DNA of 64,000 bases from Mobula hypostoma (lineage: Eukaryota). Positions 24,555-39,600 of this stretch are shown piece after piece; position 1 is the stretch's first letter; each line of letters opens with the position of its first letter. The position numbers and the translations under genes were made by a program. The stretch is taken from positions 52,020,001-52,084,000 of the forward strand of contig NC_086097.1 in NCBI RefSeq assembly GCF_963921235.1, read 5' to 3'. The notes under the pieces are model-generated. The model had not been told where the DNA came from. It did not search any database and saw nothing but the letters and a program-made list of their open reading frames with translations.

Positions 24555-24780
24555 AAAAACGCATGACAACTCATGTTCTCAGTATCACTTATTTTTTGGT
24601 ATTTGCGCTGTTTGTCCTCTTGTGCATGTTGGTTGTCTGTCAGTCTTCGTGGGTGTGGTTATCATTGATTATATTGTATTTATTTGTTCTACTGTGAATG
24701 CCTGCAAGAAATTGAATCTAAAAGTAATGTTATATGGCACATATACATACTTCGGTAATAAATTTACTTTGAACTTTGAT
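24555..24780 (+). mobile_element. Rex1-type 3' UTR fragment
   Basis: Ends AATAAATTTACTTTGAACTTTGA, like the Rex1 tails at ~52460-52490 and ~58990. Confidence 0.6.
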
Positions 24781-27009
24781 ATATTTTTAAGATGTATTGA
24801 GAAACCTGTGGAGAAAATTTAGTTTTATTAGTATTTCTGTTCTTAAAATAAAGTGGGAAAAATTAGTCTAATGACTTTCCACTCTAATGAATTCCATGCA
24901 GTATGGTTTTAAAATGATTTCCTGCAGGCTGCTCAGATAAGGAAACCAATGGACTGATAGACAATCTGTTCTTGAATTGACTGATTTATGCTGCTGTCAA
25001 GCAGATTGTTACCCAGTGGTATACATACATCACTGTTAAGTGCTTATGGAATGCATTATATAAATATTTAGGAAAGATTTACGTTGCAACTTCTACGAAT
25101 AATTCATATTTTTCTGAAACTCTGAAGTTATGGATTATTTCTGTTATCTTGGCTCATTTAGCTTGGATGGACATCTTGGACAATTTCAGCAAGGCCTCTG
25201 TTATGTCTAGCAATCTTACATCATGAATGTGGAATAACACATCGTGATTTTTGAAGTATCTGTCTGTTCTCCATATTCTTCTTTAGGGCTGTGTCATGGA
25301 TTCCACATGGGAATGGAGATAGAATAGTTTCCATCTTTAATATCTCAGAAAAGTGCTTAGGTTTGAGCATTACGGTGAGGACGCCGGACTGGATCAATGC
25401 AGGATGTGCTGGATGCTCAGTGGCTTCACTGCCTTGGACCTGAACAAGTGGGTGTATCAAGGTCTGACCAAGACTGCACCATGTCCCACTCGAGCTACTG
25501 CTGTGCACAGGAAGGCTAAATCTCCAATACAGCAACAACATTAGACGGTATCAAGAGATCCAGCATTCTAGGAAAAACTTACAACAACCTTATGAGTATG
25601 TTGGTAAGTTGTCAGGGTCTTCTGTGCCATTATATTCTTAGATGTATTGGCTTGAATCTTATCTCACTTTGTAGAATTAACCGTTACGCCATTATTTCTG
25701 ATACTTGGGAAGTATTTTTAATCATTTTAGGAACTAATGTTTACATCTGGGTGATTCTGTGGTTACAGATAAGAACATAACAAGAAAGGCCTGGTTCCTA
25801 CTTAAGCACTCCTCCTGATGACAGCTGACACTGAGAACTTTGAACATTGAACTCAGCCGAAGAAATTTACTTTGAACTTTGAACTCAGCAAAAGAGGCAT
25901 CACAGATCAAATTCAACGTCATAACATTATTGGCTTGAGGTCTCAGTTAGCACCATCAGTGTTGCTTTGTGAGTAGGTAAGTCTGCATTCATAGTCATTT
26001 TTATTTAAATGATTACTTTATTGCCTCGTATTTCTCCATAAATTCAATTTCGAAATTTGTAAAGAGTATCAGTGCAGTTTATTGTCCATTCTAAAATTCT
26101 TGTAAGGTAGCAGTTGGTTGTTTTACTGCCAGAGTAAAAAGTAGAACTCAAACAGGAATAAGCAGTGAATCTGGAAAGGGTGTGTCACTGAGAACGCCCC
26201 CACCAAAGACTTGTGCTTTAAATGCAGAAGTCTAAAAAAGGAGTTGCACAGGAAGCATCAGGGTCATGTTTCAACAGGTGCTGTAATTCTTGACATTATT
26301 CAGAAGGCTGAATAACAACATGAGACTTAGAACAGCAATGCATTAGCTATTAGTCACTGAAACATTTGCAGTAGCATTGGGATTTAGAATACAATTTAAG
26401 TGGTCCTTTAAAGCTATTTAAATATTCTGTGCTTTTCTGAATTAGCTCATCAGGTAGAAAGACAAAGGAATGAAGGGGTAGAAATAAAAATGGACTCAAG
26501 AATTCCCGTATAAAGTCAAAGGTGGGTGGAGTTGAACCATCTTCTGCAGGCCATACTTATGTGTGTGCTGAATAAGCAAAAGGTGATTTAACACCCTGCC
26601 ATGTGGCTAATACAGGACACACCTGGATGCCTGGAGAGTAAAATGGATTTGTTGCCTCCTCTGATGGGGGCTAATGATCACAGCTCTAGGATTTAGCAAA
26701 AGGTCAAAGATCCCAGTACTGGCCACTGGGGAAATCCCTTGTACACTTCCCTTCAGTTCAAAAATAACTTTTCACCCCTACTCCCTAGTTCCTTCCAGTC
26801 TAGCTGCTGCAACCCCTTTTCTTCTGTGATCTTCAATCTTAAGGATAGCTATATTCAACACTATAAATAAATTAACCAAGTTTCTCAAATTGACTCTTTT
26901 ACTGCTTAAAAAAAGTTCACAAAATTAACTGCCAGTATTTGGTTTTTAACATGCCCAAGTGAGTTTTTCTCAATCAATCCACACGTACCCAAATGAATAC
27001 TAACACTGA

Positions 27010-27770
27010 CCTTTATTTCTGTATTCAGAACTTCACCCACCGCGGAAGATTAACTGACTGGTCAGTGGCTGCAGTTTTTGATTCCTCAGGAATCTCCCTA
27101 AATCTGTTTGGAAGATTATAGCTGAGATCACTGCAATTTCTTCCCTTATTCCCTCAACAACCTCAAGTGCATTTCATCTGAATTAGGGGATTTATCTGCT
27201 TTATATACAGACAGCCATTCTAATGCTCCTCTTTCTGTTGATTTTTAGCCTGTCCAGAATCTCTGTCACACTTCAGCAGCCTCGCCTTCCTTGGTGAAAA
27301 CTGATGTAAAACCCTGTTTGCAGAAAACCTCATCTCATGTCCCCTCGCTTTTCACTTGCCCTCGGAAATTTCTGTCATCACCTGTGCTAACAATCTCGCG
27401 TTCTGTCGTGTGTTCATACCTCTGCTCTATTCTGCTTCTCCATCAGTTTGGTCATCCCTCGAGCTTCAACTTTAATTTCCCTACACTTCCTGGGAACGTA
27501 CTTCGACTGCAGTTAATGCATGCCCATCTTAACGGCCTCCCTTATCCAATTATAGTTTTCCCTGCCAAGCTTTGATTTCAATTCATCTGGCCAGATCCGT
27601 AGTCATCCCTTTAAAATTGTCCATTCTCCCATTGACTATTTTTATCTCGAGTGGCCCATATACTTTTCCATAATTATATTAAACCATATTATATTGTGAT
27701 CACTGCTTCCTGAAGTGTACGTCATCTTCAAGCTGACCCCCTCAAACAGGTAATTAAAGTACGCCCCAAG
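27010..27770 (-). mobile_element. Old CR1 ORF2 fragment
   Basis: GSSDHNIIWF endonuclease motif (ORF 27642-27920) and a reverse DKSP..DEMH.RLLRE motif near 27150-27200. Confidence 0.65.
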
Positions 27771-29662
27771 TGGTGTGTTTACCAACCTGGAACATAAAAA
27801 CATCAAGAGCCTCTCCTTTGTTCTCATGTGCTTTGGCAGAGTAATTAAAACTCTAATGCTGTGATGTTGTGTCACTGTCTTTGAGTCTAATGAGTTTAAA
27901 TACATGGTAAAAGAAAACACGTGTAGCTTGGCTTCGTGGATTAGGATCCACTAAATTCAGCAGCAAGGGGTCTTGGTTCCAAACTGATCTGTGCTAAATT
28001 GGTTAAACTGTCAGAGACTGTGATTAGAGGGTGATAATTAGTCACAGTAAGTTTGGGAAACTTCACTTCTGTATTTAATGATCCCCGTTGTAAAATGGGC
28101 TGGGTGAATTCCTTGTGTGAAGGCATATTTACATCTGGTACTGCGGTCCTTCATTCCTGGGAAATCTATAGTTTAGATTCAGACGTCAAGAACTATTTGG
28201 CCAAGCTTTTTGAGTTGTGCTCGCTCCTATTGAATTCGGTGAAGTTTTCAGAAGGGAAAAGAGGGCGATGCTTTGAAAAGAGACTGCTGCTCACTACTTG
28301 AGAAATTCTTTGTGTGATACACGTGCTTGTATCTATTCATTGGAAATAACTGGAAAAGGAGAAGAGTACAACGGGTGAAGGGTCAAAATGAAGATGACCC
28401 TCTGTGGTGCATGTTGAAATTACACTTTGATTGATCTTGTGCAAGTAACAGACCTCCAGGAACTTTACTCTTCTCTTCTATTCATTCTGTTAATTTCATT
28501 GTTTTTGTTTTAGAACACCCTACAACTGTCTGATAGAATATAAAGAAAATACATACAATTCATTTGAAATTTTATCAAAACTTGAAAAAAAGACATTTAG
28601 CGATAATCATTGGTCAAGACAGAAAATGTTACCTTTAGTAATTAATCCATTGTTTCCTATGAATATTAGCATTGATCATCACAAGGAGACATTGATTCCT
28701 TGCTGATGTACAGTTCGATGATGCCAGTTGACTTTTGGTGTTTCGGTCAAGTACTCGTTGTTAACATAAGAAGCTTGAACTACATGTTGAGGACTGGTCC
28801 TGTTAGAAATTCATGTCAACATGCATTAAGTAAATTGAATTGGAAGCATTTTACTCTCCTTCACTGAAAATTGCCAAGTCAAATGCATTGTAAATCCCAA
28901 GAGCTTGGTGATAATCAGCTAATTCTGCGAAATGATTATTCCAAGGCTTTCCTGTTTTCTATGCGCTAAATACTAATAAGATAAACTCGTATTAATCTAT
29001 CAGGAGAACAAAAGTAATGTTTAAAAAATAAATGATGTACTGTGTAGTATTTTAATGTATTTCTTCCTACCTAGGAAATTAAATTCCATTACTTTTTCAT
29101 TTAAAGCAATCTGATACAACTGGAAATGAATTTTTAATTCTGTAGGAAAGGTTACAATTGACACTCAAGACAAAGCAGGATGCTTATCTTGCTCAACACT
29201 GCAGGAGTTGGCAGAAGCCTGGACTACCACATGTGTTATCAGAGTTGAATGTTCTGGCCAGGATCCAATATCTTGTTTTTTTCTCTCTCGCCCAGCCAGG
29301 ATTTCATCAATCAGTAGGGGAACTTGTAAATTCTTTTACAATGTTGGTGAGGCAAGGTGGGGATGAGAATAGATGGCAGATATGTAAATAAGTATAAACT
29401 TAAGATAATTTTGCCTGATATTACTTTTAACTTGAACATTTAAAGATACAGAACCTTTTTCTAATTTTGCTGGAGATTTCAAGCAATTGTGTGCAATGAA
29501 GGTTGGAGGTTCATGAGTAGTTTGCAGTGGTGGTGTAGATGTTGCACGATAGTTGGTAGGCAACCAGTCTACATGTTGTAGATCAATGTCTACCTACTGA
29601 TGAAGTTGCCAATTCTGCAGAAGGTTTGTGTGTGTATGTGTGTCTGTCTGCCCTTACATATA

Positions 29663-31380
29663 TTCAAGTCAAGTCAAGTTCATTGTCACTTAACTATATA
29701 CATGTATATAATGTATAAAGAAACGAGACATTGTTTCTCAGGTCCAGGGTATAAAGCACGGTAGAACACATAACACACATAATGCATGATAACTTATGAA
29801 GGTAAAGATAAAATCTACAGATGAGTCACACAAATAACAAACTAAGGTGCATTAATTTTGAATGTAAGGTACAGAATAGATTAACCAGTGACACTTCAAC
29901 TACAATGCGGCAGAGAGTTCAGAAGCCTAATGGCTGGGGGAGGAAACTATTTCTCATCCAGACCATTCTTGTTTTTATGCATTGCAGTCTCTTGCCTGAT
30001 GGTAGAAAGTCAGAGAAGATGCTGGATGGGTGGGTGCGATCCTTAATAATAATAAGGGCCCTGTGTATGCAGCACTCCTGATAAATATCCCCGAAGGATG
30101 GTAGAGAGACCATGGAGATGATGGAGATGCAACTTGTCAGGATACTCTCAATAGTGCTCCTGTAAAACACAGTTAAGGTGGGTGGGGGGGGGTGGGGGGT
30201 GGGAGGTGGGAGCCTTGTCTGCCTCAATCTTCTTAGGAAGTGGAGGTGCTGCTGTGCCTTCTTCAGGGAGGTGATATTAAGGGACCAGGTGAGGCCTTCT
30301 GTGATGTGAACTCCCAGGAACTTGGTGCATTTAACTCTGTCTATGGAGGAGCCGTGTATTCGCAGAGGGGGTTCATCTGCAATATCCTGAAGCTCACAAT
30401 GATTTCTTTTGTCTTCTCCATGCTCAGGCTCAGGTTGGTCTTCTCACACCAATCCACCAGCCGCTCCACTTCCTCCCTATACTCCGTCTCGTCATTGTTC
30501 TCAATAAGGCCAATCACTTGTGTCTTCCGCAAACTTGCTGACACAGTTTGAGCTGGATCCTGCGACACAGTCATGTGTCAGCAGTGTGAACAGCAGTGGG
30601 CTGAGTACACAGCCTTGAGGAGAGCCTATGCTCAGCGTAATAGGACGAGAGACGTTGCTGCCCACACAGACTGACTGTGCTCTTACTGTTAAGAAGTCTA
30701 GTATCCAATTGTAGAGAGAGGTGTTGAGACATGGCAAGGACAGTTTCCCCACCAGTTTCTGGGATATGGTAGTGCTGAATGCCAAACTGAAGTCTATAAA
30801 CTGCAGTCTGGCATATGAGACCCCACTTTCCAGGTGGGACAGGACAAAGTGGAGGACTGAGCTGTTGCATCGTCAATGGATCGATTTGAGCGATAAGTGA
30901 CTGGAAAAGGTCCAGTGTAGTCAGGAGAAAGGCCTCAATGTGCTCCATGACCAGCTGCTCAAAGCATTGATGTTAATGCCACCGGATATTAATCATTTTG
31001 GCAGGTTACTATCACCTTCTTTGGCACTGGAATGATGCTTGCTGCCTTGAAAACTGGGGGACAATAGATTGTTCCAGAGAGATGTTGACTATATCCATCA
31101 GCTGGTTTGCACAGTCTTTCAGAACCCAACCTGGCATATTATTGGGCTCCGCAACTTTGCGTGGGTTGACTCTGGCCAGGGTCTTCCTCACCTCAGCTTC
31201 AGCCAGACCAAGTGTCTGCTCCCCTGGGGGAGGGGTGTCATCTTTGCCAGCACTTTGTTCTGTGCATCAAAATGGACTTTCAGCCTCTCAGGGAATGAAG
31301 CATCCTGGTCACTGACTCACAGGATAGATGAGGTCCATAATCCTCTGAATTCCCTACCACATGAGCCTCGTGTCGCTGTA
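29663..31380 (-). mobile_element. Rex1/Babar LINE
   Basis: YNWILDFLT..GSPQGCVLSPLLFTL..KFAED, EKTKEIIV, FYRSTIESILTSC..LPSGKR and (CAAGT)n tail at ~29665. Confidence 0.85.
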
Positions 31381-32376
31381 TTCTCAGGTCTGCTCTGCTG
31401 TAAGAGGGCAGATATTTTTAGAGTGATCCTTTACATGCTCAGAAGATCAAGAGCTAGATATATAGGAAATCACCACCATCTCACATTGATATATGTCTTT
31501 GGATTATGGACACGAGAGTCCAATATCTCCTTCTGTGGCATATATGAGTGTTCAGCAGGTAATCTGCCACCAGGGATATATCGTTGAAAGCAGAAAGAGA
31601 GTTCCTGTTCTCTTGATGATGCTGATTCCGTCTGTTTGAAGGCACATGGGATTCCGTTGTGAAGCTGGGACGCAGAAGGTCTTCAGTGTTTAGCATTTTA
31701 AAGCCCATTTTGTTCTGAGCTCATCATGTTGGAGGCAGCACAATGACATCATGAAAGAGAATGGTCTGAGGCAAGGAGGAACAACCACACCATGTAAGTG
31801 CAGACTTTAAAAACATTTCACAATAAAAATTACAATCACCTGCATTTCAAAACTTGAAATCACTTGATCAGTAAGCATCATCTCAGACGGCCAGACCTTG
31901 GGCATTCAGAAGAGTGTGTCACCAAAATAAGAAAGATATAGTTAATGAAAAATGTATATAATATTTGTACAATGCATCCTTGGAGTATTTAATATTAAAA
32001 TTGTGAACAACATCTTTTACAGGGCAGGCTAATTAATATATGTATGATATAAATTGATGCTTAGAAAAACTAAAATGCCAAGTTCTAATGAAGGCTCTTC
32101 AACATGAAATGTTAATTCTGTTTCTCTTTCTACAGATGCTGACAGGCTTGCTGAATATTTCCAATATTTTCTATTTTTACTTACGTTGACTTATTAGGCA
32201 AATAATGAAATGAGTTTGAAAAATATTTTGTTTCAACAGATTTTAATCTGGAGAAATTAGCAGATTAAAAGTTTCTTTTTCATTGGCAGCTATAAGGCTC
32301 CTGGATTAATTGAATGTAGGGAACTATAGCTACAAATTTATTTGACACAAAACCGATGTAGAAAATTAACTAAATA

Positions 32377-33217
32377 CTGTGGATTCCAGTTAATTGGGCC
32401 ATCAGTTAAACGGGACAGCCACTTACTTGAGGCAACTCTTAATGATTAAGAACTAATGGAGAAGATAGCTGGGATTTCCTTCATTTATTCGAGACACTAT
32501 GCCGCTTAATTGGGGCAGGAGAGTGTTGCTAAATAGTTTTTAAACTAGCATCAGACACGCGCACTTGTGTAGCCATTAGAGACTACGCTGTACTTAGAGC
32601 AAACAGGTTTTTAAAACAGTGTCAGTTGCATGTGCTTGTCTTCAAAAAGTCATGGTTTTTGACTTTGACGTTGGCAAGAAATAAGCAATAAGATAATTTA
32701 GAATTGTTTGGTTCACTGCAGTTTCAAGCATTCAGGCTTGGTGATGCCAGAAATGGTTGGAAGTGAAAATGAAATGAAATGACTTCACAACTTCAACAAG
32801 TTAGGAATTATGAAGAATTTGAAGGTATTGACGAACATCTTGAACATTACAATGCAAATGAAGATTTGGAGGATGCAGTCATTTTAAAGCGTTGTATGAT
32901 GGCAGTCCATTATCTACACTGGATATCTGCATTGATCTTTTTTCAGTTAAAGTCAATCAAAAGACAGCAGATGAATTCCTCCATTGATAACTATTAGGAA
33001 CTAATAAACAGTTTTATAGTATTGCAGTAATACTGATAGTGTTCTAATTTGTTCTGTATTTCATTTAATTGCATAATTTGTTACTCAGTTAAATGGTAGT
33101 TTGCCTTTTTTATACCTTTTTAAGTATTTCCCTGAAATTTCAGCCATATTGGAGCAGCTACTTAATATGGCCAAAATGTATTGGTCCTGATGTGTCCCAA
33201 TTAACTGGAATCTTCTG
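32377..33217 (+). mobile_element. Tigger/pogo deletion derivative (MITE)
   Basis: TIRs CTGTGGATTCCAGTTAATTGGG and CCCAATTAACTGGAATCTTCTG with TA on the left. Transposase C-terminal remnant (I.NCLVHCSFK..EEFEGIDEHL) at ~32690-32880. Confidence 0.8.
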
Positions 33218-33970
33218 ATTTAAATAACACAAAATGGTCTTCTTTTCTCCAACATAGTTTTGTCACAAAAATATATATCAAGCATTGTTGTTTTCTGCTC
33301 TGGGGTCTGTCTAGTCAAGGTCTCCGATGCTGACAACGCTGGAGTATGCAGGGTCAACACATGGAGAAGATTTGAAGAAAGCAAGTTGCATGTCCTGTAC
33401 AAAACTAGAGTCAGACCAGGGATGTCTAATGGTGAATAGAGATATGAAAGTCATTCATGGCATTAACTGGGAAAGGGAAATGTTTGGTGCAGCCTTTCTC
33501 AATAGTTCTTATAAATCCTGTTTTTGTACATAATATTATTACAGGCTATAAATATTGATATCTTTCTCACATTTTTGCAGAACTTTTGTACATTTACGAT
33601 TTTTTTTACTAAATTAGCCTCTACAGTTGATACATGTTATCTATAATACATTAGCAACGTGGAACTAAAACTGAATAATATTCTGGAGAGCATGACTCAT
33701 CGCCACGCTTCCTCGAGTACAACGTGCGGATGTGACCAGCCAAGCACCCAGGGACATGTAATTTATATTAGTGTACACTTCTTAATGAATAGTCTATTGG
33801 TACAATGATTCTAAAGACTGTGAAGAGAAATAGATTAATTGGTTTTTACATGACAATTTGTGTGGGTGTTGCTTCCACCTCACAGCAAAAAAAACTATCA
33901 CAAGAAAGTGACAGGCCAATTTCACATATACTGCAGATAGGATAGACACTACACACAATCAGCTCATTTC

Positions 33971-34199
33971 ATTCAGATTCAGATTCATTTATTTCTCATA
34001 AATACATAATAATGTACAGTGAATTGCTTTGTTTCCATTAACACTGAAACAACCTAAGAGTATGCTGGGGGGTGGGGGGTGCGGGGGCAGCCTGCAAGGG
34101 CCTCCACACATTCCGGCTCTAACACAGCATGTGCACAATGTCTAGTACAACAACAAGAAAAAAAATCAACCACAACAACAAAATAGGCCCTTTTCCTCC

Positions 34200-34250
<51 letters not shown>

Positions 34251-35400
34251 CACATACACACACACTCACATACACATATACACACACACTCACACGTACA
34301 CACACACTCACATACACACACACTGACATACACACCCGCACACATACACACACACTCACACACACATATACACACACACTCACACATACACACACACTCA
34401 CACACACCCACACACACAATGACATGCACACTCTCACATACATGTAGAAACACACACACACGCACATACAAACACACACACACACATGCACATACACACA
34501 CACACTCACACACACCCACACGCACATACACACACGCACACTCACACACACCCACACACACAATGACATGCACACACACTCACACGCGCACATACAAACA
34601 CACACACACACACACACACACTCACATACGCTCACATACACACACACTCACATACACATATCATACACATATACACACACACTCACACGTACACACACAC
34701 TCACATACACACACACTGACATACACACCCGCACACATACACACACACTCACACACACCCACACACACAATGACATGCACACTCTCACATACATGTAGAA
34801 ACACACACACACGCACATACAAACACACACACACACACGCACATACACACACACACTCACACACACCCACACGCACATACACACACACACACTCACACAC
34901 ACCCACACACACAATGACATGCACACACACTCACACGCGCACATACAAACACACACACACAAACACACACACACACGCACACGCACATACACATACACAC
35001 ACACACACTCACACACACCCACACACACAATGACATGCACACACACTCACATACACGTAGAAACACACACACACACGCACATACACACACACACACACAC
35101 ATACACACACACACACACACACAGACACACCAGACCTTCATTCTTAAGACAGGAAGACAGGCCGCCCCTGGGCCTTCCAGCCTTCAGTGGACATGTTGAC
35201 TTGCGGACATCAGGCCATTGACTTTCAGGCAGACGGACCTTGGTGATTTGACCATTGGGCCTCAGCTTCTGGACTTGCTGACTTTGGGCTTCGATCCATT
35301 GCCCCTGGGACTTACTGATCGTGGGTCTTGATTTCCAAACTTCAAACTCCATACTCGATTAGACCAGCGAGTCCAGAACTTACTGACTGAACCCAGGACT
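33971..35400 (-). mobile_element. Probable non-autonomous LINE-tailed repeat hosting the CA expansion
   Basis: ATTCAGATTCAGATTCATTTATT tail like those of Rex1-type elements, with GC-richer repeat-like sequence on both sides of the microsatellite. Confidence 0.4.
34202..35130. repeat. Compound (CA)n microsatellite with higher-order duplication
   Basis: ~930 bp of interrupted CA. CACAATGACATGCACA recurs 5 times and CATGTAGAAA occurs at 34441 and 34792. Confidence 0.95.
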
Positions 35401-36607
35401 GTAGAACTGAAGCACAAAATCCGGCTATTCTTTCCATCTTTGCGAAGAAATCTGGAGCTAATTCTACAGTACTGTCTCTGCCTACAGCACTAAATTTCCC
35501 TCATCCAGACATTGAAGGACTTGTTCTTTTAATCTAACCCTTAAGTATTCAATGTAAAGAAATTGCACTTAATCTCTTGCTCTCAAGTTTTCATGTGCAA
35601 TTTTAAGTTGATGGTCTTATGTTACTAGAACAAACTTTTATTTTGGCCTATGAAATTTTAAGATGTGAGTTTAGCAATGAATTTACAAATTCACAGTGAT
35701 ATATGCCTGACTGTTCACAGTGTACAGTATGTGTAACCAAATTAGCAAAGGAAACCAGAAACTCTTGAAATTAATACTAACCTCCTGTGCAAGTATTAGG
35801 ATGCCTTTACAAAATTGCGTGCTTTCTTTATCTGGCTGACGAAAAATACGGTGACAAAGCTCAAGAAATTGGCTGAAGCAATACTCATTAGGGAAATTAT
35901 CCTAATTGTATAAATTTGCTGAGGATCTTAGCAACATCGTCACCGATTCCCACAAACTGTGCCTGATCAAATCTTTACTTTTTTTCAAGCCATAGATCAG
36001 GCTCATTCTTGCTGTTCCTGGTTTTCAACACCTCTTGTGGATTGGTTACAGATTTGTAACACTGATACAATGTGAGCCAACAAGAGAGGTTTTTCACTGA
36101 GCAAAGCACATATATCCACCAAAGGTTTTGTCGTCCAGATTAATCTGGTGGAGCTTGTCTCAAGAAAGCCTTAATTTCTATGTTTTTTTTTCTAACTATA
36201 GCATGAGCAGGTCAAACATTGCAATCGTAAAGGAGTAAGGTGGGAAAATTGCCCATCATGTACCCCCACTCCTATCCACCACCTCCAACCCACACCTTTA
36301 TATAATTGACAGCCATCCATTGAAACAACAAGCCACAGCAGAAGAGGCTGAACTGGAGATCTCTGGAGCTAGGGTTTCCAGGTTTTGGTGGTTGGCTTCT
36401 TGTTCTAATAAGCCCTTTTGGTGACACAGAGCTTCTCAATATTATGACAGTTTGATTGCCATTGCAAAGGGGAACTTGGTTTATGATTGTCATGGTGCTG
36501 AGGTACACTAAAAAACATCTTGCATACCTGCCCATACAGATCATTTCACTAGAAAAATGCATTGAGATTGTACAAGGTAAAACAATAAAAGAAGAATGAA
36601 GAGTTAC

Positions 36608-39600
36608 TATTATGTTTTGTAACTCCAGAAAATAATTGAAAGAAAAACACAGGAGGCCTGGAAAACATGTCTACTTCATTTTCTTTTTAAGAGGCATTGA
36701 CATATGATGTGCTGGCATAATGACGTATGCCAGTCAGATAATTCTACTTATAACCCGTATTGAATCTTGTAAACAACAAAGAATGCTTAATTAAACAATA
36801 TATTTACAATGTTACTTAAACATTACTGAAATATTAAATACACAACACTCCCTGCTTAGATATAAACTACAACTCAATATAGAATGCATGTCAACTATAT
36901 ATACAGTATACTAATACAACTGCTATATAGACATCTACAGAATAGTCAATTTTAAATCATCTCATTCAGGCCAAGAGATTTAATCCTTGTGGAGGATTTC
37001 TTACTTTTGTGGGATAATGTCTTTCCTGACATTTCTTGGCAGGAGAGGCTTGTGTCTCTGAAATAATGTCAGGTTCTGGGGCCTTCTCCATGGTGGTGTA
37101 GGAGTTGACTCTGAGACTGCAGGTGACAGCTCTGGACATATTTCTTCTCTAACAATTGATTGCTGTCTTCAACTGATTAATGCATTGTCTCCAGATGACA
37201 TCAGGCACAATCTCCGCTGAGTAGGAGAGCGGTCCAATTCTGTCCTTCATCTTTCTGAACACCCACTTTTGATCATCCCTATAGTCCCTCACCAGGACTG
37301 CTTGCCCAGGAGTGAAACATCAATCCTCCTTGTTTGAGGAACCCTCAATTTGTCGCGGCTGTCTGTCCTGCATCCCTCTCCTGAGATTGGGTTTGAGAAG
37401 ATTTGGTGTGAGTGCAGGGGACGACCCAGGAACAGCATAGCTGGTGAGTTGTTGATTGTGGAGTGTGGTGCACTGCGATATGCAAAGAGGAACTTGTTGA
37501 GCTGATTCCGTGTCAGTGTAGTGTGTTCTGCTGACATTGTTCACAGTGTCTTCTTTAGACTCTGGGCAAACCTTTCCACCAAGCCATTTGTAGCTGGGTG
37601 TCATGGTGCCGATGGAATATGTCTTATTCCATTCATTTTCAGGAATGACTGAAACTGTTCCACAACAAACTGTGGTCCATTGTCACTGACTAAGTGTTTT
37701 AGAACACCAGTGCTTGAGAAGAGACTTTTCAACACATCAACTGTGTGCAAGGCTGTAGTAGAAGCTATTCGGAACACTTCTGGCCATCTTGTAGCTGCAT
37801 CCACTACTACCAAGAAATTTGTGCACATGGATGGCCTGGCAAAATCCACATGAATCTTCTGCCAGGGCAATGCTAGGGATGGAAGGGCGCTGCTCTTGGC
37901 ATCTACTGGATATGTTGGCATCCTGAACAATGCATGGCAATCTCCTTGATCTGCTGATCTGTCTCACTTCCATCACTATAACACGTGACATGATTGCACC
38001 TACACCATAAGCTGGATGTGTGAGTACAGAGTCTGACATCACCATGTCCTCTGTCTTTTGGAAAGGCATCTCACACTGCTTGCCTGTTGCCATTTCTTCA
38101 CGATTTAGTAGTGATGAGATCAAGGGGTGGAGTACAGTAACCAGGCTTGGCAAGAACCTGTTATGGTAATTGACAAACACTAAAAGGGCTGCTACTGTGA
38201 CAGGTCCTTGGGCCTTGGGGTTTCCATCTCAGCACGCCAGTATAATTCTTGTGTGTCAATGGTGCGCCCACAGTAAGTGGTACTTGGTTTAAAGTATTTA
38301 CACTTGTGTCATTCTCGGAGCCCATAATCTTCTAATCTTTTTAACACAGTCTTGAGTTTGTGGAGATGTTCCTTGTCAGCGTCACTAGTAACAATGATGT
38401 ACTCCAGGTAACACCGAGTGTCTGGGCAGCCTTGTAGCACCTAGCCCATAGCTTTCTGCTAGGTGCAGATGCTACTCCCAAATAAGCCTGTTATAGTGAT
38501 AAAGCCCTTTGTCAGTGCTTATGATGAGAAACACTTTGGACTCTTTTTCTCATCTCCATCTGTAACTAGGTTTCAGCTAAGTTCATTTTGCTGAAGCGTT
38601 TTCCTCCAGAAAGGTTTGCAAAGATATCCTCTAACCTGGGCAGAGGGTATTGATCTACTTTCAGTACCGAGTTGATGGTGATTAAAATCACTACCGATCC
38701 TGACAATTCCAATTCTTCTTGGCCCACTGGTGTTGCCCATGGGCTCTACTGAACCTTGGAAAGAATTTCTTCAGCCACCATGTGAACTAGCACACTGGCT
38801 ACTTTATCACTGCAGGTATAAGGAACCAGATAGGATTAGGGTGCGGCATTTTCATTTAACACTATTTTACCCTAGATATGTTTGAGTTTTCCAATGCCGT
38901 CCTTGAACACTGCTTTGGCATCATCCAGTACCTTTTTTAAATTCACTTTCAGTTGAGTCTCATGCAGGAGATGTGGCATGCAAATGGTAAATGGATCTCC
39001 AAACAGGTTGTAGTTGTCTCAGCCAATCATAGTCCTGCAATGCTGGATCCACCCTCCCCCCACTCCCCACCCCACCGTTTTTGTTACATACAAGCTCAAT
39101 TAGGCTTGTTGGTTGTTGTATTTCACTGTTATGAATGTCATTCCCATAGGAGTTTTTTTCCCCAGTATAACTTCTTAGTTGGGTATCTGCAGGGTTCCGT
39201 TTAGTATACTTGAAATGCTGTGAAAACTAACTTTGTGTTATGACTGAAACAGTTGAGCCTGTGTATGCTCATCCTCCTATTGCACTCAGCAAAACTGGCA
39301 CTTGTTTCTCGTTAGCTGTTCCATTTGCTATAAAATGCTACACAATTCATTTAGTATACTATACATCACCCAGTTATCTGTTGCGCAATCAAGGGCATCT
39401 ATATTTCTGACGTAGACAGTCATTTCTGCTTTGTTTTCTCATAATTTTCACCCACTACTCACTGTTTATGAACCTGTGAATTTTGTCCATTTTCTGCCTT
39501 TTGTTTTAACTCAATTATCTTTCTCCCCTTCTGAAGAAACAAGTGCTGCGCTTTTTTAAAAACTCAAACATCTCTCTTTCCCCTTGTAAAGAATAAAACA

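Noticed and set aside
30177..30211. G-quadruplex as a regulatory element
   Set aside because: It is a slippage-expanded G-run at a site that also varies in other Rex1 copies (~15535, ~23630). Nothing indicates function.
34054..35221. Cys/Val- and His/Thr-rich ORFs
   Set aside because: Translations of the CA/TG microsatellite.
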